From: Zestosphaera tikiterensis
GTDB lineage: Archaea > Thermoproteota > Thermoprotei_A > Sulfolobales > NBVN01
Direction: 5' to 3'
Assembly: GCA_003056265.1 (NCBI GenBank)
Contig: NBVN01000002.1
Location: forward strand, 1-32,000
DNA length: 32,000 nucleotides
The translations under genes were made by a program, and so were the position numbers. Positions within the stretch are counted from its first letter, which is position 1, and every line of letters starts with the position of its first letter. This document shows, piece by piece, positions 1 to 10,143 of this stretch. The notes under the pieces were generated by a model. It did no database searches, was not told the DNA's origin, and worked only from the letters and a program-made list of their open reading frames with translations.

Positions 1-2711
1 GCTTTCACAGCGTTTTTAGGCCCTACACCCCTAGCAGCTAAGGCTATCACAGCTTTTTTACCGTAATCAAGTACTAACTTAGCTGTGTCTATAAGCTCGT
101 TAACGAGGGCTTTCTCCTCATCATTTAACGCATAAACGTAGTTCTTACCATGCTTTAATGCTTTCTTAACGATATGCCTTAAATCGTTGAAACCAAAGTA
201 GACGCCGATTAAACCACTCCCGCATTTACTACATGTAATCCTCTCAGGCAACTCATTAACTATGGACTCCCAAGAATTTCCGCAGAATAAACAGTAAAGC
301 TTAACTTTCTTAGAGAGTAGTCTTCTCTTTATCAACTCTACAGCCAAATCCCTAGGTATTTTCTCAACCTCCACTCTAACGTAGCCGCCAACGTTCTTAA
401 GACCTTCGGCAGCTATAGGGGAGAGCTCCTCAACAACCACTACACTACGTTTAACCTCCCCCTTACTAACCCTCTCAAGGAATTTCTTAACTAACTCTAC
501 ATCAACATACTTAGTTTTAATCTCGTTCAACACTTCAGAAGCTACCACATCATTCCTTAAGTATCTTTTAATCAACGCCTTAGCAACTTGTGGGGGAGCT
601 TCTTCGGGGAGGATACCCATCCTCACAAGAACTCTACGTGCTACATACTTAGCCAGCGTTGACTTCATTATCGCGTCGTTTAAGACTTCCTCAACGTTAG
701 CGACGTTAAACACTTCATCTATGACGTCCGCAAGAATTTCAGGATTTCTGCCTAAGTTTAAATCAATCAAGACGAATACCCTATAAGGGTCTACCTTTAA
801 AGCTGGTTGATGACCTAAACGCTCAGCTATCTTATACGATATTAAATACGCTAGACCTGTATTACCTTTCGTACCTAAACATGAATGAACTACTATGATT
901 TGAGATGAGTCAGAGTTGCTTACCTCAATTACTAACTGCCTATCGGTAGGTATTGGGAGGCCTTTACCTACGTGTTTAACCAACGTCTCTAAGACGTGGT
1001 TAAGCGCTTCTTCACTTCCTAAGTAACTCTTGTGTTGTTCCGGTAACTTACCTTCATATATGGTTTGACGTAATGAACATACCTCCCTAGCGACTTTATA
1101 ATCAACAGGTATATTCTCACCAACCCAATAAGGTACGGAAGCGTCGAGGGATTCCTCCGGCTCGACGTAGACCTTCTTCTTCTCATCATCAACGCTTATG
1201 ACCTTCCAAACCCTCCCAGAAAGGATTAGGTCTGCGTTCTCTACGTCGTTAACCGCTAGAAACTCTTCGTCTAACGAACCTATGTAACTACCAGAGGTTA
1301 CGTCTACTACAGCGTATTGGGAGCTTTCAACTATCATCGTCGTTTTAAGGTAGTAAAGTCTACCCTTCTGCGTTGAGTGATATCTGCCGTCTTCTCCCAT
1401 CCTTAAATAACCTAGTTCAACAAGGAAATCAGTAAGACCCTTAATTAACTCCTCACCGGCGTCCCTATAGGGGTAGGAAGATCTGAATATTTTTAAAGCT
1501 TCCTCTAAAGTAAAACCTCCCTCGAGTCCAAGCCCTACTAGAATGTGTGCTGCGACATCCGCAGAACCCTTAAAGATTGTTAAAGGTTCTAATTGATTGG
1601 ATGCTGCCCTTCTACATATAACTACAGATTCAAGAATGTCATCCATATTTGACGTCGTTACTACGTATCCCCGAGCTTTTAACCCATACCTATGTAAGGA
1701 CCTTCCAGTCCTCTGAAGTAGTTTAGATGCTTGTCTAGGAGAGGATGATTGAATCACTACGTCTATATGCCCTACATCTATACCTAACTCAAGACTTGAT
1801 GTGGATACTACAGCGTCTAGAGAACCCTCCTTTAACTCTCTCTCCGCGTTTTCCCTAACCTCCTTAGATAGAGATCCGTGATGCACCTTTACTTTCAGCC
1901 CTAAAGAGGCTAACTTAACTCCTAACAACTCTGCCTCATCTCTAGTGTTTGTGAAGACTAAGGCCTTACCGCTTCCCCTAATTAACTCTGCTATAGTATG
2001 GACTTTATCCTCAGGTGATCTAACTGTGTTGGATGAGTAAACCCTTAACTCAGATTCCCTAACTCCAGGTATAGCAGCTATAGAGACCTTACCCCTAGGG
2101 GCTAATGCTTTAGCAGCTACCTCCAAATCGCTTATACTTGCTGACAATGCTATTCTCTGGAAGCGGTTAGCAATTCTACCCAGCCGTTCTAAATCCACGA
2201 GTAGGTGAGTACCTCTCTTACTGTTTAGAAGTTCGTGGAATTCGTCGATAATCACCCACCTAACGTTGCTTAAATATCGCCTCAGTTTTTCATGAACTAA
2301 TATGTATGAGAAAGTCTCAGGAGTTGTTATAAGTATGTGCGGTGGTTGCGAAGTCATTAACGCTTTAGCGCTACTCGACGTATCTCCATGCCTTATGGAG
2401 ACTTTAACATGTAGATGCTTGCATATCTTAAAAATTCTTTCAAACATGTCTCTATTTAAAGCTCTTAAAGGAGTTATGTAGATCGCGGATATGGGGTTTA
2501 AATCACTGTAGTGATCAACCATCATAGACAACACGGGCAGGAGAGCGGCCTCCGTCTTACCGCTACCTGTCGGAGCTACTATAAGGACGTGATCGCCGGA
2601 AAGTACTTTAGGTATGGCTAAAGCTTGAATAGGCGTTAAGTCGTTAATACCTAACGACTTAACAACATCCACAAGCTTACGGTTTAAAGCTTTAAACACA
2701 GCATCGCTCAC
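1..2711 (-). CDS. Lhr-type superfamily-2 (DExH) ATP-dependent helicase, C-terminal part runs off the window edge (partial)
   Basis: Minus-strand frame is open from position 1 to a GTG at 2709-2711. It is absent from the ORF track because it runs off the edge. The N-terminus reads VSDAVFKALNRKLVDVVKSLGINDLTPIQALAIPKVLSGDHVLIVAPTGSGKTEAALLPVL (Q-motif plus Walker A). WVIIDEFHEL (DExH box) lies around 2230-2260. Length over 900 aa and motif order fit Lhr-like helicases. A TATA-like CTTATAAAC sits about 30 nt upstream on the minus strand. Confidence 0.8.
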   Translation of the reverse strand, partial: MSDAVFKALNRKLVDVVKSLGINDLTPIQALAIPKVLSGDHVLIVAPTGSGKTEAALLPVLSMMVDHYSDLNPISAIYITPLRALNRDMFERIFKICKHLHVKVSIRHGDTSSSAKALMTSQPPHILITTPETFSYILVHEKLRRYLSNVRWVIIDEFHELLNSKRGTHLLVDLERLGRIANRFQRIALSASISDLEVAAKALAPRGKVSIAAIPGVRESELRVYSSNTVRSPEDKVHTIAELIRGSGKALVFTNTRDEAELLGVKLASLGLKVKVHHGSLSKEVRENAERELKEGSLDAVVSTSSLELGIDVGHIDVVIQSSSPRQASKLLQRTGRSLHRYGLKARGYVVTTSNMDDILESVVICRRAASNQLEPLTIFKGSADVAAHILVGLGLEGGFTLEEALKIFRSSYPYRDAGEELIKGLTDFLVELGYLRMGEDGRYHSTQKGRLYYLKTTMIVESSQYAVVDVTSGSYIGSLDEEFLAVNDVENADLILSGRVWKVISVDDEKKKVYVEPEESLDASVPYWVGENIPVDYKVAREVCSLRQTIYEGKLPEQHKSYLGSEEALNHVLETLVKHVGKGLPIPTDRQLVIEVSNSDSSQIIVVHSCLGTKGNTGLAYLISYKIAERLGHQPALKVDPYRVFVLIDLNLGRNPEILADVIDEVFNVANVEEVLNDAIMKSTLAKYVARRVLVRMGILPEEAPPQVAKALIKRYLRNDVVASEVLNEIKTKYVDVELVKKFLERVSKGEVKRSVVVVEELSPIAAEGLKNVGGYVRVEVEKIPRDLAVELIKRRLLSKKVKLYCLFCGNSWESIVNELPERITCSKCGSGLIGVYFGFNDLRHIVKKALKHGKNYVYALNDEEKALVNELIDTAKLVLDYGKKAVIALAARGVGPKNAVK

Positions 2712-2920
2712 TACTCACGCGTCCCTTAATACAGGATAGGAACGGAGTTTATAAGCAGTCCTTAAAATAGGAAGTTTATTCAACAGTAGATAACGACCCT
2801 CAACTCACATTCTAGCTTGAAGTAAATGCTACGTTTATTCTTAGCTAGTTGAGGTTCAGAATTACAACATCGTTATTTTTTATGTGCTTCTTGATAATAT
2901 ATATTGGTGATGTGTTTAAA

Positions 2921-5900
2921 ATGTCAGTAAATGGTGTTAGATACCTTAACAGGGTTATATTGTTGACCTGTACGTTAATAATCGCTTTCTTGGCTTTATC
3001 AATCATGTCGATTAACCCGTCTGTAGTGCGTAGTGAGGAACTCTTCCCGAACAGCACTTACGCTTATAAAGTGGATTTAGGCGTGGAAGGTCTCACAGTA
3101 AAGCACGTTTTGATGTTAAATGAAACGTCAGTACTTGTAGTGGGTTCTTTAGGAGGTGCTGACGTAGTAACGGTTTTAGATGTGCGTAACCCATATGAAA
3201 AACCTACCTTGCTGCAGATATATCCCTTAGTGGGGAGCGTGACGAGTTTCTCTACGGATGGTTTTCCAGTCTCTAGGATAGCATTAGGTACGGATAAAGG
3301 TGAAGTAACCTTATTTAAGGTTGAAGGCGGTAGGATAATAAAGTTGTTGCATGCCGTTCTAGGTGCTGATTTCTACGTGAGAAAACTCTACGTCTTAAAA
3401 GCCCCGACCTCCTATAAGCTAGCCGTCCTAGTCAGTGAGGGAGGGGAAGTATCTGGAGTTTGCGCTTCATGTTATGTTTACGTATTCGATGAGTCTGAAA
3501 AAGGCGTATTCAGGATGGGGCCGAAGGTAGGGAATGCTACTATTAAGTACGAACGTATATACCCGCAAGACATCATACCACTTACAGTGTTCAACACTAC
3601 TAACTACTACTACGACGCCACTAAACTTGGCGTTGTGTGGATTCAATTCGAAGACTTTATAAAGCTCTACTTGAACATCACCTACCGGTTTAACGCTACT
3701 TTGATTCGCCCAGCATCCAACGCTTTAGTTGAGGTGCTGGCTTACAATAAAACAAGCGGACTTACCTACAGATATGGATTTAACGCTAATAAAGAAGGGT
3801 CTTTAGAAATACCCATACCTAAGGGGTTTTACGCGAACATAACTTTATGGGATGTAAACGGTAAAGCATACGTGTTTACCTTCGACCCTAAGAAAGCGTT
3901 AATAATTGAAGATGCGTCCTATATGACTATATTCTTGCCTCAACCACCCATAACTTTAGACGCTAGACGCTTCTATAAAATACCTGAATTCCTTATGGCT
4001 AACGTGGAAATTTTAGATGTAAGTAACGCACCGTCAAGCTATTTAGGCGGTAGATTTACAAACTTCAAAATAAACACCACATACTCAGGTATATCTTTTG
4101 TTAAAGGTTTTCAGGATCAATTCTCCACGTTAGTTTTCTACAACACTGAGGATGGATACTTAACAATCTACAGAATCGATAAAGACTTTAAGCGAGTGAC
4201 GGTAATTAAAGACTATGTAGGATTAAACACCGCATGTTTAAACGCTATAACGTACGTTGACGGTAGGATATTGACTGTGACATTAAAAGACGGTAGGATA
4301 AAATCCTATGAGCTTAGCCCCGACGCGAAAAGATACTCCCTAATATATACTTACGTAACAGGTAGTGAAATAAGGAGGTTAACAGTAATCCCCGGTGTTG
4401 AAGGGTATGCCTACGTTATATCTACTTCATCAGGTTTGCAGTATATTAAAACATCGCCTTACTTAGTTCCAGTGTTTAGAAATGAGTCAGCTTTATTCTT
4501 AACTTACGATGGTTACGTAGACGGTGATTTACTAAGTAATTTAAAGTCAGGTGTTATATTCGGGAATGGTTTGATAGTGTTAAGGAATTTAGACGTGTTG
4601 GCACCGCTTGGGAAGCCTTTCACGCTTAAGGAAGTTCTCGCACCTAAAGTTGTTTTGAAGGTTAATATGCCGGGTAACGAAAGCGTTACTAACGTCACGG
4701 TAGTCTTTAAATATCCTGGTGGGTTCTACGAAAGAAGGCCTGGGAGCGATGGAATAGTAACCTTCGAGAATATAATCCCTGGAGTTACGTATGAAGTATT
4801 CTTAAAGCATGTTAAGCCTTATATAAACCCGATTAACCTCTCATTTACCGTTAGAGAGTTTAGAGACGTGGTCTTAACTGTCAATATGACTTACAAGATG
4901 TTTAAGTTGAAGCTGAATGTAAACGATGGCTTAGGCGGTGATTTAATAGCGCCGTATAAAGTGGTTGTAGACGGTAAGACTTTAATTGCTTCTTCAAGAG
5001 AAAGAAGCGTTGACTTCAACATACTTTACGGGACGCACACCGTTAGGGTCGAACCCGCTCAAGGCTTTGAAAACGTTTATGAGTCTTTCGAAACCACCAT
5101 ATACCTTGATAGAGATATGGAAGTTGATGTGGGGTTAAATAGGTTAACGTACGTGCTTGAAGTTAGAGTTGAAGACAGCATATCTAAGAAGTTAATAGCT
5201 CCGTTAATCGTAGACGTCAACGGCGTTAAGCAAATAGTTGACTCAAATATAAACAGGGTATATTACATCCTGCCCTACGGTAACTACACGGTTTACGTGG
5301 AGCCTTCGCCTGAGTCGGAGGGTATTTACTTACCAACCAACACTTCAGTTGTTTTAAAGTCCTCAACTACGGCGTTTGTTAGAGTGTCCAGGGTGACTTA
5401 CTACGTAGATATAGTTGTGAAAGACGCTACGATAAACAGACTCATGGGGGAGTTTGAGGTTTACGTTAATGAAAGTAAGGTTGCTGTAGGTGTAAAGGAT
5501 AAAGTCTCCATACCCCTCTACTATGGGTTTTACTCAATTCAGGTTAGACCTTCAAGCGATTATACTAAAATATATGAAGCATCCTCTATAACCCGCGTTA
5601 AGGTAGATAAAAACTTAACGTTGGAGTTCCCGCTTAAGAGGAAGTTCTACACGTTAAGGATTAAAGTACAGGAGGGTGAGATGCCTATAAGAAACGCTGA
5701 GGTTACCTTCTACAGCGTTGAGTTAGATACTTTAATAACTAAGTTGTTAACGGATGAAAACGGCGTTGTAGAAACTTCCTTATTCTACGGACCTTTCAAA
5801 ATTGAAGTGACGTACGCAGGCTACTACCCAGACTCTAAAGTTATTAACTTAGTTGATAGGGTTGATGAGGTTATTTACTTAACGCCGCAGCCTATAACCC

Positions 5901-6022
5901 TATTGTTTAGGTATTTACCGATAGTGGCTGTAATCATAATCGCTGCCGTAGCTGTTATAGGATCTTTAAAGCTAAGGGCTATTATCGCAAGAAGGTTAAC
6001 TAAAGAGGAGACCCTATTCTAA
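2921..6022 (+). CDS. Large membrane-anchored extracellular glycoprotein: N-terminal signal/TM segment, central repeat-rich beta region, five tandem Ig-like repeats, C-terminal TM anchor
   Basis: ORF 2849..6022. The preferred start is ATG 2921 (MSVNGVRYLNRVILLTCTLIIAFLALSIMS, a signal or TM segment), because the TATA-like TGATAATATATATTGG at 2891-2906 lies about 25 nt upstream. There are many N-x-S/T sequons (NSTY, NETS, NATI, NTTN, NITY, NATL, NKTS, NESV, NVTV, NMTY, NYTV, NTSV, NESK, NLTL). The C-terminal hydrophobic stretch LPIVAVIIIAAVAVIGSL is followed by the basic KLRAIIARRLTK. Confidence 0.7.
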   Translation: MSVNGVRYLNRVILLTCTLIIAFLALSIMSINPSVVRSEELFPNSTYAYKVDLGVEGLTVKHVLMLNETSVLVVGSLGGADVVTVLDVRNPYEKPTLLQIYPLVGSVTSFSTDGFPVSRIALGTDKGEVTLFKVEGGRIIKLLHAVLGADFYVRKLYVLKAPTSYKLAVLVSEGGEVSGVCASCYVYVFDESEKGVFRMGPKVGNATIKYERIYPQDIIPLTVFNTTNYYYDATKLGVVWIQFEDFIKLYLNITYRFNATLIRPASNALVEVLAYNKTSGLTYRYGFNANKEGSLEIPIPKGFYANITLWDVNGKAYVFTFDPKKALIIEDASYMTIFLPQPPITLDARRFYKIPEFLMANVEILDVSNAPSSYLGGRFTNFKINTTYSGISFVKGFQDQFSTLVFYNTEDGYLTIYRIDKDFKRVTVIKDYVGLNTACLNAITYVDGRILTVTLKDGRIKSYELSPDAKRYSLIYTYVTGSEIRRLTVIPGVEGYAYVISTSSGLQYIKTSPYLVPVFRNESALFLTYDGYVDGDLLSNLKSGVIFGNGLIVLRNLDVLAPLGKPFTLKEVLAPKVVLKVNMPGNESVTNVTVVFKYPGGFYERRPGSDGIVTFENIIPGVTYEVFLKHVKPYINPINLSFTVREFRDVVLTVNMTYKMFKLKLNVNDGLGGDLIAPYKVVVDGKTLIASSRERSVDFNILYGTHTVRVEPAQGFENVYESFETTIYLDRDMEVDVGLNRLTYVLEVRVEDSISKKLIAPLIVDVNGVKQIVDSNINRVYYILPYGNYTVYVEPSPESEGIYLPTNTSVVLKSSTTAFVRVSRVTYYVDIVVKDATINRLMGEFEVYVNESKVAVGVKDKVSIPLYYGFYSIQVRPSSDYTKIYEASSITRVKVDKNLTLEFPLKRKFYTLRIKVQEGEMPIRNAEVTFYSVELDTLITKLLTDENGVVETSLFYGPFKIEVTYAGYYPDSKVINLVDRVDEVIYLTPQPITLLFRYLPIVAVIIIAAVAVIGSLKLRAIIARRLTKEETLF
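4646..5893 (+). repeat. Five tandem ~81-86-aa protein-domain repeats inside the surface protein gene (beta-sandwich, carboxypeptidase-regulatory/PEGA-like pattern)
   Basis: Approximate repeat units: 4646-4894, 4895-5152, 5153-5401, 5402-5650, 5651-5893. The recurring pattern is Y-x-L-x-V-x-V-x-D ... V-x-V-(D/N)-G ... L-x-Y-G-x-(Y/H)-T-V-x-V-E-P ... Y ... V-x-L ... R-x-T-Y. Examples: ILYGTHTVRVEP, ILPYGNYTVYVEP, PLYYGFYSIQVRP, SLFYGPFKIEVTY. The repeats are diverged at DNA level. Confidence 0.6.
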
Positions 6023-6105
6023 CGATAAGTGAGGTTAGAAATAGTAGTTATGAATTTAAAAGAAACCTTCCTATTTTTAAAATTTAAGGCTTTAAATTAA
6101 GTAGG

Positions 6106-6534
6106 TTATGTAAACCTTATTAAAACAGTCTTAGGAAGTCCTTCAACGTATATTACCGTCAACTTAACCTCTACGTCTAAACCGCCAAGCACCTCTAAGT
6201 CTTTCTTTATAGCAGTTAATTGAGAGACTTTAGCGTTTAAAGACTCTATAGCCGCTTCTAAGTTGCTAATTTCCTGAGCTGGAGTTGGGTTCATGATCAA
6301 CTTCACGTTCTTCATCTCAACGATGTTTTGAGGTGCGGTCTCCGGAACTCCTAACTTAGATAAAACAGTTTTTATCTTCTTCTCTTGCTCGGCTTTAACT
6401 CTAAGCTCTTCCAACTTCCTCAATAGCTCACCTAACTTCTTTCTATGCTCACCTAACTCGTCATCAATGCTTTTCATGAATTCAGCGACGTTATTAAATT
6501 CCCTATACACTACGCTCATACATGTAAACACCAT
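6106..6534 (-). CDS. Hypothetical coiled-coil protein
   Basis: 142-aa ORF (alternative ATG at 6519). The heptad-like charged segment is ELGEHRKKLGELLRKLEELRVKAEQEKKIK, with a second helix NLEAAIESLNAKVSQLTAIKKDLEVL. A TATA-like element lies about 25 nt upstream on the minus strand. No family recognised. Confidence 0.55.
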   Translation of the reverse strand: MVFTCMSVVYREFNNVAEFMKSIDDELGEHRKKLGELLRKLEELRVKAEQEKKIKTVLSKLGVPETAPQNIVEMKNVKLIMNPTPAQEISNLEAAIESLNAKVSQLTAIKKDLEVLGGLDVEVKLTVIYVEGLPKTVLIRFT

Positions 6535-6614
6535 AATATTCTTTATCGCGAACCTAAATAAATCTTACTTCTCATGGTTTAAAGGAATTTAAAGCTTTTT
6601 AAGTAAACCTCTAG

Positions 6615-7475
6615 GTGAGGTTTAAAGTGAAGGTCGTTGACGGGCATCTACATTCGTCACCTAAAGGTTTAGGAGGTTACGCAATAGCTACGAAGTTTAA
6701 AGACGTTGGTGGAGTTTTTATGGTGTTGGTTTCCCTCCCTCCTAATCATTATGGATTACCTGGGGGTTTGGAAGGCTTAATTAAGTCATTTGATCTTCAC
6801 GTTCGCGAGTGTAAGGCTGCTTCCGAGGCCGGAGTCCTCGTCGTTTGCTTAGCCGGTATCCACCCAAGTTACGTAGATAGCTTAGTCAAGGATTTAGGTC
6901 TGCATAGGATTGACGAGATACTTCACGTCATTGAGAACGCTCTCAAACATTTAATTACGTTAAGACGTGAGGGTTTTATACAAGGCTTTGGAGAGTTTGG
7001 AAGACCTCACTATAAAACCCTACCGGAGTCTTTAGTTTTAAACGAGTTGATAATGAGTGAGGTTTTTGAAATAGCTAGAGATACGGATTCTATAGTACAC
7101 CTTCATTTAGAGCAGGCCGGTATAGCTACGGTTAAAACAGTCGATGCTTACGTGAGGTCGGCGAACCTGCCTAAGAAACGTGTCGTATTTCACCACGCAT
7201 CTATAAACGTCGTTAGATACGCTGAAGAGCTAGGTTACTACTCAACTATATTGGGGCGTGAGGAGTTAATAGCTAAGGCTTTAAGCCTTAACCTTAAGAA
7301 CGTATTAATCGAAAGCGATTATATAGATGATCCAGGAAGGCCTGGTGTCGTTATGTACCCTTGGGAACTAGTTAAGGAAGTAGAGGAGGTTGCTAGAAAG
7401 AAAGCCATACCAACACAGGATCTACTGAGTAGATTTCTTGAAAACGTTAAGTACGTATATGACGTAGACTTGTGA
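6615..7475 (+). CDS. TatD-family metal-dependent hydrolase
   Basis: 286-aa ORF starting at GTG 6615 (alternative GTG 6627). Metal-ligand pattern typical of the TatD/amidohydrolase fold: VVDGHLHS (HxH), FGEFGRPH, VHLHLEQ, VFHHAS, IESDY. Confidence 0.65.
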   Translation: MRFKVKVVDGHLHSSPKGLGGYAIATKFKDVGGVFMVLVSLPPNHYGLPGGLEGLIKSFDLHVRECKAASEAGVLVVCLAGIHPSYVDSLVKDLGLHRIDEILHVIENALKHLITLRREGFIQGFGEFGRPHYKTLPESLVLNELIMSEVFEIARDTDSIVHLHLEQAGIATVKTVDAYVRSANLPKKRVVFHHASINVVRYAEELGYYSTILGREELIAKALSLNLKNVLIESDYIDDPGRPGVVMYPWELVKEVEEVARKKAIPTQDLLSRFLENVKYVYDVDL

Positions 7476-7525
7476 GTATTTATTAACGATAAGCTCCTAA
7501 CCTTCATTTGCTAAGTCTTTTTTAA

Positions 7526-7804
7526 CTACTCAGGGCATTCCTCCTTTAGCTCAAACTGCTCCCTCGAGATTTCAGAGATTGATACGTATCTAATTCCTTC
7601 TTTAGCTGTTGAAACTTTAATTAAGCCGCGTAACTCTAAAATCAATAGAGTCTTTAGAAACTCTGAGTAGGAGATGTTGAAGTCTTCATAGAGACTTTCA
7701 AATAAGTCTACCTCCTTCATCACACATCCGTTACTTACCAACACCTCAAATATCTTATACATAATACTTGCTGGAAACTTATGCCTTGACAATTCGTTTA
7801 TCAC
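7526..7804 (-). CDS. Small hypothetical protein, winged-helix-like
   Basis: 92-aa ORF directly downstream of cdc48 on the same strand. The C-terminal segment SEFLKTLLILELRGLIKVSTAKEGIRYVSI resembles a recognition helix plus wing. No family recognised. Confidence 0.45.
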   Translation of the reverse strand: MINELSRHKFPASIMYKIFEVLVSNGCVMKEVDLFESLYEDFNISYSEFLKTLLILELRGLIKVSTAKEGIRYVSISEISREQFELKEECPE

Positions 7805-7863
7805 CGTTTAAATATTGCCTTTAAAGGTTAGTTTGAGGGGTTTTAAGCTTTACGCTTCCTACG

Positions 7864-10065
7864 CTATATCTGATAGGGGTGTGATACGCTCTTAGGGAGT
7901 CTCTGCTTAGTCTTCAAAACCCAAGACTCAAAGAACTTCACTATCTCCGGTGTTAAGGAAGGCGTTACTTTAGCTAGGGCTTCTTTGAAATGCTTAGCCT
8001 TAACTTTAGACGCGTTTATATCCTCTCTTAAAGCGTTTAATGCCGCCTCCCTAACTAAAGCGGCTAAGTCAGCACCGGAGAAACCTTCAGTAGCTCTAGC
8101 CAACTCCTCTAAATCCACGTCTACGTCTAAAGGTGTTCTTCTCGTGTGAACTTTAAGTATTTCCAGCCTTGTTCGAAAGTCTGGTGGGGGTACGTAAACT
8201 AACTTCTCTATCCTGCCAGGCCTTAATAAAGCTGGATCTACTAAATCCGGTCTGTTGGTAGCGGCAACAACTACAACTCTGTTAAGCCTCTCCACAGAAT
8301 CTAATTCGGTAAGTAACTGACTTACAACTCTTTCGCTAACGTATGAGTCAGCGGCAAACCCTCTTACAGGGGCTAATGCGTCTATCTCGTCGAAGAACAC
8401 GACAGCAGGTGCATACGTTCTAGCCTTCCTAAATATTTCTCTTATTGCTTTTTCTGATTCTCCTACCCATTTGCTCAGTATTTCAGGTCCTTTAATGGCT
8501 ATAAAGTTAGCTCCAGATTCCGTAGCAACAGCTTTAGCTAATAAGGTCTTACCACATCCAGGAGGGCCGTACAGTAGAATACCTTTAGGTGGCTCAATAC
8601 CTAACCTAGAGAAGCCTTCAGGATATTTTAATGGCCACTCGACAGTTTCCCTAAGTTCTTGCTTAACGCTTTCTAAACCGCCTATGTCATCCCACCTAAC
8701 CTCAGGGATTTCAACTAAGAACTCACGTAAGCCGCTTGGGTTAATAACTTTCAAGGCTTGGATGAAGTCGTTCATGCTTACTTTCAAGCTGTCGTATATC
8801 TCAGGCGGTATCTCCTCATCTAAGTTTATTTTAGGTAAGACTCTACGGAGGGCGTTTAACGCGGCCTCCTTAACTAAAGCAGCTAAATCAGCGCCTGTAA
8901 AGCCGTGAGTAACTTCAGCGATTTTCTCAAGGCTTACATCTTCAGAAAGAGGTACGTTCCTACTATGTATTTGAAGTATCTCAAGCCTGCCTTGCTTATC
9001 CGGCATAGGTATTTCTATTTCTCTGTCGAATCTTCCAGGTCTTCTTAACGCTGGGTCGACAGCGTGAACTCTGTTCGTAGCTCCTATAACTACTATATCC
9101 CCCCTTCCCTCTAAACCGTCCATTAGTGTTAGTAGTTGTGCTACTACTCTTTTTTCTACTTCACCTACTACTTCCTCTCTTTTTGGTGCTATAGCGTCTA
9201 TTTCATCAATAAATATTATTGCTGGTGCGTTCTTCCTAGCTTCATCAAAAATCTCCCTCAACCTCTGCTCAGACTCACCATAATACTTACTCATAATCTC
9301 AGGACCATTAATAGCAATAAAGTAGGCGTCGGACTCAGCCGCAACAGCTTTAGCTAATAAGGTCTTACCGCATCCTGGGGGACCGTACAGTAGAATACCT
9401 TTAGGTGGCTCAATACCTAACTTCTTAAAGAGTTCAGGATGTTTTAGAGGGAGTTCCACAAGCTCCCTAACCCTTTCTATAACTTCCTTCATCCCCCCTA
9501 TGTCTTCATATGTGACTCTAGGCATTCTGAAAGTCGTTGGTGATTTATCAACTATGATTAGCTGGGTCTCGTCAGTTAATATTACGGGGCCTGAAGGCCT
9601 TGTCTGCACTACGTATAGGTATGTAACCGAACCCAACAACTGCAGTGGAACTATATCGCCCTCCATTAACACGTAGTCAAGAAGCCTCTTCTTAACGGCT
9701 TTAAGGGATGATTCACTTCTACTTAATTGGATTGTTTGCTCTCCAGGAGCTATCTTAACTACGGCTGCTTCCCTAACCGTTGCTTGCCTAACTATCACTT
9801 TATCCCCGATGCTTACGTTAGCGTTTTTACGTAGTATTCCATCCATTCTAATTATATCCTTATCTTCCTCCTCAGGTAAGGCGGGCCAAGCTATAGCTGC
9901 TGTAGATCTCCTCCCAACTATCTCTATGACATCACCTACTTCAGCGTCTATCTTAGCTAATACCCTCTCCGGTATCCTAACCTTACCTCTTAAAGCCTCA
10001 TTTTTACGTGCTTCAACAACCCTTAATACATATTCCTTATGCTTTATAGTCCTATCGCCCTCTAT
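7864..10065 (-). CDS. cdc48: CDC48/VCP-like AAA+ ATPase (N-domain plus D1 and D2 ATPase domains); start codon unresolved
   Basis: There are two Walker A motifs ([15 protein letters not shown] twice), two Walker B motifs ([20 protein letters not shown]) and second-region-of-homology motifs. The ORF track starts at ATG 9846 (MDGILRKN). The same frame stays open upstream to a stop at 10108-10110 and encodes [63 protein letters not shown], which is the CDC48 N-domain. The upper coordinate 10065 is the most upstream in-frame ATA and is a guess only. Confidence 0.9.
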   Translation of the reverse strand: MEGDRTIKHKEYVLRVVEARKNEALRGKVRIPERVLAKIDAEVGDVIEIVGRRSTAAIAWPALPEEEDKDIIRMDGILRKNANVSIGDKVIVRQATVREAAVVKIAPGEQTIQLSRSESSLKAVKKRLLDYVLMEGDIVPLQLLGSVTYLYVVQTRPSGPVILTDETQLIIVDKSPTTFRMPRVTYEDIGGMKEVIERVRELVELPLKHPELFKKLGIEPPKGILLYGPPGCGKTLLAKAVAAESDAYFIAINGPEIMSKYYGESEQRLREIFDEARKNAPAIIFIDEIDAIAPKREEVVGEVEKRVVAQLLTLMDGLEGRGDIVVIGATNRVHAVDPALRRPGRFDREIEIPMPDKQGRLEILQIHSRNVPLSEDVSLEKIAEVTHGFTGADLAALVKEAALNALRRVLPKINLDEEIPPEIYDSLKVSMNDFIQALKVINPSGLREFLVEIPEVRWDDIGGLESVKQELRETVEWPLKYPEGFSRLGIEPPKGILLYGPPGCGKTLLAKAVATESGANFIAIKGPEILSKWVGESEKAIREIFRKARTYAPAVVFFDEIDALAPVRGFAADSYVSERVVSQLLTELDSVERLNRVVVVAATNRPDLVDPALLRPGRIEKLVYVPPPDFRTRLEILKVHTRRTPLDVDVDLEELARATEGFSGADLAALVREAALNALREDINASKVKAKHFKEALAKVTPSLTPEIVKFFESWVLKTKQRLPKSVSHPYQI

Positions 10066-10113
10066 GTAATTCCTTGATGTTCTTAAATGTTTTAATTTCT
10101 TTCTATTTTAAAG

Positions 10114-10122
10114 TTTATATAT
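10114..10122. promoter_or_regulatory. Near-palindromic TATA-like box (TTTATATAT) positioned to serve divergent transcripts: ncRNA candidate (+) and cdc48 (-)
   Basis: The box is centred about 26 nt upstream of the first G of the GC-rich block at 10144 on the plus strand. On the minus strand it is about 25 nt upstream of roughly 10092, just inside the open cdc48 frame. A/T-rich boxes at similar spacing precede several other genes in this window. Confidence 0.4.
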
Positions 10123-10143
10123 GTTGGTTGAGCAGTTTTACTT

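Noticed and set aside
8471-10069. Plus-strand ORFs 8471..8908, 9136..9357 and 9809..10069 inside cdc48
   Set aside because: They are antisense to a strongly supported AAA+ ATPase gene. Their Ser/Leu/Pro-rich, low-complexity translations are typical of shadow ORFs.
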